A stretch of 64,000 nucleotides of DNA. Source: Chrysomallon squamiferum (Eukaryota > Animalia > Mollusca). The stretch covers positions 22,568,001-22,632,000 of the forward strand of contig CM022677.1 of NCBI GenBank assembly GCA_012295275.1, read 5' to 3'. The notes under the pieces were generated by a model. It was not told where the DNA came from, ran no database searches, and saw only the letters and a list, made by a program, of their open reading frames with translations. This document shows, one piece after another, positions 1 through 64,000 of this stretch; positions within the stretch are counted from its first letter, which is position 1, and every line of letters starts with the position of its first letter. A program made the translations under genes and the position numbers.

Positions 1-400
1 GTTTTCTTTCTTGTTAAATTGTCAAAGGTTTCTTTCTTGTTAAACTGTCAAAGGTTTCTTTCTTGTTAAACTGTGAAACTTGTCTCTCTTGTTAAACCAT
101 GAAAGTTTTCTTTCTTGTTAAACCATGAAAGTTTTCTTTCTTGTTAAACTGTCAAAGGTTTCTTTCTTGTTAAACCGTGAAAGTTTTCTTTCTTGATAAA
201 CCATGAAAGTTATCTTTCTTGTTAAACCATGAAAGTTTTCTTTCTTGTTAAACTGTGAAAGGTTTCTTTCTTGTTAAACTGTGAAACTTTTCTCTCTTGT
301 TAAACCATGAAACTTTTCTTTCTTGTTAAACTGTGAAAGTTTTCTTTCTTGTTAAATTGTGAAATGTTTCTTTCTTGTTAAACAGTGAAAGTTTTCTTTC
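1..400. repeat. ~26-bp tandem repeat ending in the acceptor polypyrimidine tract
   Basis: GTTTTCTTTCTTGTTAAACCATGAAA units. Confidence 0.9.
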
Positions 401-402
401 AG

Positions 403-37784
<37,382 letters not shown>

Positions 37785-39130
37785 ATCCCTTCTGCTGATT
37801 GGTTCATATACATAGTAGCTGTACTTTGATTGGCTGGAACCAGGAGTAACATGTATTTTCATTGGATGAACTTACTGTGTGCAATATCCTTGTACTGTCT
37901 ACTGACTTTAACAATTTTTTTATCATTTTTTTATTATTATTACTATTATTATTTTGTTTATTTATTTTTTATTTATTTTTTATTTTGAGTAGTGCTTTTG
38001 TTTTAAAACTAGATATTTTTGTTTTCTTAAAACTAAACATTGAATTGTTAACGCAGACTCAATCATAATAGAGGTTTTGCGTTGTTTATTTGAATGAAAC
38101 TTATTTTGGACCGGTTAAGACTGACTCAGTCAGAATATACTTTTTCTTTATACAAAACTCAGTTTATTGTAGTTTTTAAAATTATTATTATTGATGACTC
38201 AGTCGTTCTAGAGTTTTGATTCAGTGTTTTCTTCCCTTTGATGAGAAAATAAATTACCATTACTATATGTCTATTCCAAAAAAAAAAAAAAAAATTAATT
38301 CTGCTACTACTAATAATAATAACAATGATAAAATGAAAGAAAAGAATATCTTAACAATAATAATAATATGTATGTGATATGCAGTGAAATGTAAACATTT
38401 TTGTATTTGTATTCTACTTATAACACACAAAATTCTGGATGTGGAAGTGTGCTCATCTGTGAATTATATTCTTTGGTGGTTTGACACAGTATGAGCAAAA
38501 CCAAGCCAGAGCTGTTGTTTTTTTAGTTTTTTGTTTTGTTTTATATTTGTTAAACTTATTGCTGTATACATTTTTTGATAATTTTAACCATTTCTTTCCT
38601 CTTTTATTATTATTATTAGTAAAAAAAAAAATTCATCTTTTTCTCTCTTTTGCTTTACTTTTAAAATAATTCTTGAAATATAAAAATGTTTTCTAACTGC
38701 AAGTATTAGAAATAATTTATAAATGAAATTTCAGATATGTCTATATTATAATCATAAAATATATTTCTGCAGCAGTGATGTATATTTGTGCTAAAGGTTA
38801 ATTATTGTTTTAATTTTATTAATTTTATAGTGCTTTTTCAGTAATTGCTTACAATGAATTTGTAAAAATTCTTGTTAAAATGTAATGGTGCTTTTTTGTT
38901 AATATAATGATATATTTTTCATGTATTATTGTTGTGTATCTTTTGGTGCGGTTAAAATAAATTTCTGTTTATAAAATAAAACAAAAATTGTCAATTGAAA
39001 GTTAGATTAGTAGAAATATTTAGCTTGTAACACATGTGTTTGTTTTATTAGCTTCTGTTGTTTAAAAATCATATCTTACATTGTTAGATACCACTTGTAT
39101 TTTATTTGTTTATTTTATATTTTACTTTTT

Positions 39131-39162
<32 letters not shown>

Positions 39163-39573
39163 CAGTTTATGCATGTGCTGCTTCTATTTTAAATTTGATC
39201 TCAGTATTTACTTGCATTTCATTTTTTATTTTCATTTTTTTTTGTGTGGAAATTTGTTGTTTTCCATTTTAAATTACTTTCATTTATATTTCTTTCAAAG
39301 ATGCTGTTGTGATTTGTTTTTTGTTTTCTTTTTCTCATTCTATTTTTAGTTCTGCTGTTAGTATCACTACTATCTACTGTTACTTTATTTTTATTTTATT
39401 TTATTTTATTCAAAATGCAGTTAAATGTAAAAGTATTTTTCAGTTTGCAAGCTAGTTAAAGAAGAACTTTATATGTTAGTAGTTTAAATTAGTGAATAAT
39501 ATTTTTTTTTTTTTCATTTTTTTAAAATTATGTTTCAACAAGCAGTAGTAACACAAAGTAATTATATGCTGAC

Positions 39574-39605
<32 letters not shown>

Positions 39606-40992
39606 CCTCCTCAAAATGCTCATAAAAAGAATATTAATTTGAACGATGCTAAAGTTATTTGTGTGATTTTCATTGTGGAGAGTCAGATGACAACACTGTG
39701 TTTTAAATCTAATTATGTTTTCAAATTAAGTAGACTGAACCACAATTTTCTGATTATCATGCAAATACAAAATTATTTATGTTACTTACATCAAGGTGCA
39801 CATTTCAAAATTAACTTCTTATTGTGACACACACACACACAAACATTAACATTGCTATCAACTAAATGATAGCCAGTACAAGTGTTCTTATTGGCAGACT
39901 TTCGTTCAGTTACAAGTTTACTTTGAAATGCTTGTTAAAACAGATAACAGTATGGACAGTCATTGAATTCATTGAAAATCCTTATAAAAAAAGAAAAGAA
40001 AATAGGAATAGGATTAAAATGAGGAAGTATTTTTGAAATATTAATTCAAACAGGAATAAGTAATGAATCAACTGGACACAGGATTAATTTAAAATCCTTG
40101 TAAGATCTTTTTTATCAGAAGGGTGAAAGTCTTGTTAACAAAATATGTACGACTGAAAGATTTTCAGTCCACATTGATAACAGGGTATTTCTTTATATTA
40201 TCTGGTGTTTGGTGGTGTTTTGTATAAAATTGTGATTTATATAAGTAGATTTTTCTATATGTATTTTTATTTTGTCATTTTGTTTTATGTAAAACATTTT
40301 TTTTTAAATTACTGTTTAAATTTAGCATGAAAATTACAGTTGATTCAATGAAAATTAGTATGTTTTCTTAACTTAATTAACATTTTGATAAAATGTATGT
40401 TTGAATTCAAATTTATCACAACAAACATATAATGATGAAATGAACACCTTTTACCACTTAAGTATATTTTGTTTCATGCAGAAATCATTTATATCAGATT
40501 CAGAATGGTTATGTTAAAAATATTTCTTTCACTGAATTCACTGAACTAAATATTAGAGACTAATAAAATAATTTAAAACTGATTTTGATATTGTTAAACC
40601 ATTTTAAAACCAGTTAACTAAATCAATAACTTAAAAGACTGAATTTAATATTCAGCTGTGCAGGATGTGTACATGTATAATCATCTAGGTTCATTTCTTC
40701 TGCCCGTAGGTTTATTAAGTTTGTAGGTTCACTGTGTTAGAACTAGCTTCATTATGTTTACATTAGCTCGGTTGTTTCCAACTGTATTTTTGTTTACAAC
40801 AGTATGTTTACTGTGTTTTTGTGTTTACAACAATAGGTTTATTGTGTTTACAACAATAGGTTTATTGTGTTTGTATCACGTCTCCTTACTGTTTCTGCTT
40901 GTAGATAAGTAATAAGTATATCTTAGACATGCTTCTATTTTCAGTGTGTATTACTAGTTTTCTGTTTTAAACTCTGTTTAAATAGCTTTTTA

Positions 40993-41042
40993 AATAAACT
41001 ATCTTTAAAAATTCTACTCGTATTTTTTTTTTTTTTTTTTTT
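40993..41042 (+). terminator. candidate polyadenylation signal of VPS13 (~3.2-kb 3'UTR)
   Basis: AATAAA 40993-40998 followed by U-rich tract; region is AT-rich so other sites are possible. Confidence 0.35.
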
Positions 41043-42334
41043 ATGTATCATGATTTCATTATTTACCTAATGATTCATATTAATATCATATTAAAATAAA
41101 TCTTATTTTCTTATAATACTAACACTCATAATAGACTTTCCAAAGTTTTTAATTTAACTTTAAGTTTCATTTTTTTTATTTTTTTTTTTTTTATGACAGT
41201 CATAACTTTCCAATTTAACACAATGTGTTGAAATAAAAATTATTTAAAATTTTATAGTAACATTCATCTTAAAATAACAAAGTTTTCTATGAAAAGTCTC
41301 ATGATGTAAATAGATAATTAAATCTAACATTTACACTAAACTAACATAAACCCTACCTCTTAAGCCAACCCAAAAACCAAACAATAACCCTAACCCTTAT
41401 AAACTTTCCTAATTTTTTTTTTTTAAATGAAAGCTTTTTAAAATTTTATCCTAATTCTCATCATTCTCATCATAAGTTATATATGTGAAAAATATTTTCT
41501 TGTAAATAAGTAATTAAATCTAATATTATAGTAACACGAAACTCTAACCCTACCGCAATGCTACGACTCACACAAACCTAATTAAACCCTAACACTAGTC
41601 GTAACTTTACCTGTAACAAAGTAATGAATCAAAGATTTACTGAAATGAAAGTTATTTCAAATTATATTGAAAAACATCATATACTTTATCAAGATAGTTT
41701 TTTTTTTTTTTTTAAATCAAAGTTATTTTAAATTGTACTCTTTACACTCATCATAAACTTTCATTAGTGTTTTTTGTGGGTTTTTGTGTTTTTTTTTTTT
41801 TTGAAGGAAACGACAAAAATGTTTTTGTTTTAATAATTTAATACTAAAAAACAACTTTATAAAAAAAAGAGATATTTATATTTTAAAAGTTTTAACAAGA
41901 ACTGAAATTTAATTATCAAACAAGTAGTATGACTTAGTAACATGAAGGAAATTTTATACTTCAGTATTATCATAAAAGTTATCACAAAAACAGAAACAGA
42001 CAAATTCACACGTAATAACGACATATACACACACATACTTTGACAGAAACAGTATATATATAATATAAATACTAAAAAACAACTTTATAACAAAGATATT
42101 TATATTTTAAAAGTTTTAACAAGAACTGAAAATTAATTATCAAACAAGTAGTACGACTTAGTAATATGAAGAACATTTTATACTTCAGTATTATCATAAA
42201 AGTTATCACAAAAACAGAAATATAAACACAAAAACTAGACAAACAAATTCATAATGATGCATATATATATTAATCACTAGTTGAAATTAACCACAAACAA
42301 AACAAATGTCTGAGTGTTAAGTGTTTCTATTCAA

Positions 42335-59235
<16,901 letters not shown>

Positions 59236-59935
59236 ATTTTGACTTCACAAGATAATCTGAAAAATAAAATATATTAAAATATTATCTAACAGTTCAACTA
59301 GTTTTATATTATGGTAATCTTATGTAAATTACGGGTGTGAAATGTTACATAGGGACATAATTCAGTGCTTGCCATAGGCGCAAATCTACAAAATTGCTAT
59401 TTAACGTCGTCTTTTTATTATTTATTTATTTATAATTATTTTCACTGCTTCTACTACTACTACAGCAACAACAACAACAACAACAACTACTACTACTACT
59501 ACTATACACATTTTTATTCTATTTATTGTTACTGATTTGTTAAAGTTCACCATATTTATCCAGTTACAGATATAAATAGAATACTCACTGAAACTGCTAG
59601 TTTGGATGGATTTAAACGACTGAGAAAATAAATTATAAAAAGCAAACCGAATAAAAGCTACCGTATTTCTTTTCAATTTCCGTTTTTACGTTTTTTCCTT
59701 TAATTTTGATGGCAGCTTTACCTAAAAGTAAAAATAATATATTAAAATTGCATATATAACTATCTTCTTTGGAGCAGACGCTGAGTAATCGTTATCGATT
59801 GCGTCATTAATTTGAACATTACGTCATCTCAGAACGTGGGTTGTAATAAACAGATATACGAATCTCTTACATATGCAAGAATTTATTTATTTACTTTTTT
59901 ATCTTTTTATTTATTTAATTATTATTATTATTATA

Positions 59936-59968
<33 letters not shown>

Positions 59969-60320
59969 GTTATTATTATTATTATTATTTGAATTTTATT
60001 TCAAATATTTTAAATAACATTAAGTGATCAAACAAAGTTTTCTTCTGTACCTAGTGTTATTTTCAGTACGAACAAAGGTTAAAGAAGATTTATTTTAAGA
60101 AGTGTTTTATCTGGGTCAGTCACGCGGTCAGCAGATTGTTGGAGAGAGAAACATTTGATATCAATATCAGCTCTGTACCCTGATTAAATCATTGATACGG
60201 CGTAGTGTTGTTAGAAAAGTAGCTGTAACAGAGACATTTTAATAATAGACATTTTATATTACATTTTATATTAGACATTCTGATTCATTTCTTTTATAGC
60301 ACAATACACAGAGACAGGAA

Positions 60321-60368
<48 letters not shown>

Positions 60369-60472
60369 TAATGAATAAAAATAATAAATAAATAAATAAT
60401 CATATGTGTACTATATCAATTGTATTTATTTATTTATTTGTTTGTTTGTTTGTTTATTTATTTTCTCTCTCT

Positions 60473-60519
<47 letters not shown>

Positions 60520-61199
60520 ACGTTGGTTTGTACTGAGTTTATCTGCAGATAATAAATTTAAGACAGCCAAGTAAACTTTACTCTTGACAAAACAGATTAG
60601 TAGTTCACGTTGTCACTGACACGTGTTTTAATAATACATTAATTGTAAACGAGCTGAACATACATAACTAAATATAAACAGATTATACAAATGATATTGT
60701 TAATATTAAACAAAGAAGAAATTGATCATAAAGAAATCTGAACTTACAAAACAGTGGTGGTAGCAGTAACATTAATAGTAACAGTTATAGTAATAGTTAT
60801 AATAGTAGTAATAGTGGTAGTTGTAGTAGTAGTTGTAACAGTAGTTCTGACAGAGAAGTAGTTTAATGATATTGATATCAATAGTGGTAGTAACGCTGTA
60901 GTAACAACAGTACTATTATCAATTGTAGTAATAGTAGTATTAATATTTGTTTTAGTAGTAGTAGTAGTATAAGTAGTAGTAGTGGTAGTAGTATCAGTAG
61001 AAGTAGTAGTAGTAGTAGGAGCAGCTAAAGGAAAGAAAGGTTCTGATAAGTAAATATCTAAATACAACACCCCACTTGCTATTTAAACAAACCTGACCTG
61101 GCTGTTTTATTTCATGTTAAAGAGAAAAGATAAAAATGTATTGTTGGTTAGTAATCTTTGTAACTGACGCAGGTAATTATCAGTTTCCTAAAAATAAGG

Positions 61200-61378
61200 C
61201 CATGGTTTCAAACTGAAATACCTCACCTGAGTTTTATGTCCATCACGAGATGATCAAAGTTCTCTTCAAGCGGGTTTATTTGGTCACGCATTTGTGTGTT
61301 TGTCTCATACAACAGAAACCTGGTTTCCACGGTAACACAGCCTCGTTGTCATCTGTTTCTCAGAAAATATCCCACCTG
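61200..61378 (+). promoter_or_regulatory. probable promoter / 5'UTR exon of the TRIM-like gene
   Basis: CTG|GTAAGA donor at 61379; RFX X-box-like GTTTCCACGGTAAC 61323-61336; IRF-like AAACTGAAA 61210-61218. Confidence 0.4.
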
Positions 61379-61412
61379 GTAAGAATCATACTTTGTTTAT
61401 ATAAGTCGTATT

Positions 61413-61512
<100 letters not shown>

Positions 61513-61566
61513 GAGAACAACAATTCAGTGATGATCCAAAGGTTAAATAAAGTCTTTATAATTGTT

Positions 61567-61641
<75 letters not shown>

Positions 61642-61650
61642 TTAACAGAT

Positions 61651-62090
61651 ATGGCAACAGCTTCAAGTTCCGAAGATCAAATCTCTTGTAGTCTTTGTCT
61701 GGATGTCTTCAAGAAGCCGCGAGTTTTATCTTGCGGTCACTCGTTCTGTACGAAATGTCTACAAGATTACATTAACAAAAATTATAAAAACAGCGACAAA
61801 CAAATCACCTGCCCGCTCTGCAACCGAAATATTCAAGTATCAGACAGCACGAAACCAGTGGAAACATGGGCAGATCAGTTCCCTATAAACATCGCTTTAG
61901 AGGATTCTATTAAAGAGAGACAACGTTCAAAGATTTGTGAGTCAGCAATATTGTGTTTAGATACAGTGATTATTTAACTAATAATATTAAACATCGTAAC
62001 AGACTCACAAAGAAAAAGAAACAATTTTTGTCTACTCCATTTTCAGTTCTCTCATATATTATTAATGACAGTAATACTAGTTCTACTTTT

Positions 62091-62131
<41 letters not shown>

Positions 62132-63583
62132 CATCATCATCATCATCATCATTATTATCATCATCATCATCATCATCATCATTATTATTATTGTTATTAT
62201 TAGTTTTATTGTCATTATTAATCTTTTTTCTTATTTATTTCAGCTGGAAAGGGAGGTCACATTTCACTTCTCAGTTCTGTTTGTGAGAGTCTGAAAAACT
62301 TTAAAGAAATACTTAAGTCAGAGATGGATGAAAATATTGAGAAACTTCGACAAGACGTGGACGTCAACGTCGTGGACACTACAGCAGAGGTCAGAAGGAT
62401 TGGTAACACACTAATCTCAGATTTTACTGCCGCAGTCCACAAAGAACAAGACAGGTTAATAAAAGAAATAGAAAAATCTCAGAACAATCTAAATTCACGA
62501 ATAGAAGAATTATTTATTGATCACAAACGTGTGATTGAGGAAAACGTAAAAATGATCAAACTTGGTGAAGATTTGATAAAACGAAAATCAGAGTCTGATA
62601 TTAAAGTTAATATTTCAAAATTCACCAAACTTCAAAACACAACTTCAGAGTTTATGGCCAGATCTCTTTCAAAAGTTGATAAATTTAAATTTAAAATAAA
62701 TCTGAGAAAATCTGAGAAAAACATAGAAATGTCTGTGAACATTGGAGAAATTTCTACAAACATCCAATCAGACACACAGATAGACAGACTAGCAGACACA
62801 CTCAAACACACAGAAACCATTAACACAAAAACAAAAGAAGATACAAAAAACCCTTGGCTGGTTTCCATCCTGGTGTCTGGTGAGGACAACAATAAAATAG
62901 TTTTTAGTGATTATGACAACAGCTGTGTAAAATGTTTGTTTTTGAGAAGAAAATCAGTGATAAAACTTGTAACGTCCTCTCCACCGTGCGGTCTCGCTAA
63001 ATCACGTGATCGGCAGGCTGTTGTTCTTGTTGTTCTGCCACGTGAAAATAAAATATTGTTTTTAAATTCAGAAAACTTCAAAATAATCAAAAGTATTGCA
63101 ACAAATAAAGAGTACTGGTATATTGCTGCGTTACCCGGCAACCGTCTCGCAGTCACTGGTTGTCAGGAAATAGACATACTGACAGACACGGGTCAGCTCA
63201 TTAATTCTGTGTCAGCAGATTTGATCTTCGAACCCTCTTGTCTCACAATTCATGATCAGTGTCTCATTATTGTGTCAGAGAAAGAAAATGTAAACAGTTT
63301 ATTGTGTTTGACGTCAGCAGGTGACGTCAAATGGGAGTCACGTGATTCAAACAGACTGAAAGCATTGAGAGGTGTTACATGTGACATGGAGGGGAATATT
63401 TATGTTTGTGATTTTAGCAGAAATTGTGTTGTTCAGTTGTCGCAGGATGGAAAAATTCTACGTGACATCCTCACTGACCAGGACGGACTGTCCAGTCCTT
63501 GGTCTGTCTGTTGTCATGGTAACAAACTGTATGTGGGAAAGTTAAACGGAGAACTACAAATATTTACTTGGTGTAAAAAGTAA
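61651..63583 (+). CDS. TRIM-like E3 ligase: RING + coiled coil + NHL-like beta-propeller (exons 61651-61936, 62244-63583; ~541 aa)
   Basis: C3HC4 RING (CSLC..LSCGHSFCTKC..CPLC); phase-1 GT-AG intron joins in frame to the 419-aa ORF; NHL-type repeats (GVTCDMEGNIYVCD, GLSSPWSV). Confidence 0.9.
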
Positions 63584-63780
63584 ACTTCAAACTGTTTGTT
63601 TCTCCTTAACTATTTTTTCTTTAGAGGAAATGATAAACAAACAAACAAACAAACAAAATAAAGCAATACAATTTATTTATTTATTTATTTACTGTTTCGT
63701 TTAAACTTATTAAATTACATTTTAAACAGAAAGAACATCTGATTTACTATAAAAATTTCCATCTAATTTTGTTATTTAAA

Positions 63781-63850
<70 letters not shown>

Positions 63851-64000
63851 CTAGTCCATGAACATGAAAGGATACGACGTTGTTTCTATACTTGTATATA
63901 TTTCCATCTGATCAAAAAAAAAAAAAAAAAAAAAAAAATTGTAATAAAATATAAGTATTATGATAACAATTAAATTCTTCTGTCATTATTTCAATTTAAT

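Noticed and set aside
41335-41610. CCCTAA-like motifs as interstitial telomere
   Set aside because: Only scattered degenerate copies, no array; possibly an old repeat fragment but unsupported.
63914-63938. Poly-A run as a retrocopy tail of the TRIM gene
   Set aside because: The gene has introns, and A/T runs are common throughout the window.

Overview
AT-rich, microsatellite-laden eukaryotic DNA (invertebrate; mollusc-like gene content is inference only). Three genes were reconstructed by reading splice sites. (1) The 3' ~40 exons of a VPS13A/C-type lipid-transfer gene lie on + (403-37784, 3'UTR to ~41.0 kb). Many of its splice sites are amplified into tandem arrays of decoy donors or acceptors. 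Several exons are scrambled, probably by assembly or polishing. It also has two candidate cassette exons (18 nt and 66 nt). (2) A minus-strand gene (59235->42335), largely missed by the ORF track, encodes signal peptide + Ig-like domain + 17 candidate symmetric phase-1 micro-exons (15-45 nt) + TM + cytoplasmic tail. The micro-exons spell a +17 amphipathic, antimicrobial-peptide-like segment followed by a ~-33 Asp/Tyr-rich segment, and were built by duplication of intron-exon units. This is the best novelty candidate. (3) A divergently transcribed RING/coiled-coil/NHL-like TRIM gene with no B-box lies on + (61651-63583). No RNA genes or CRISPR arrays were seen.
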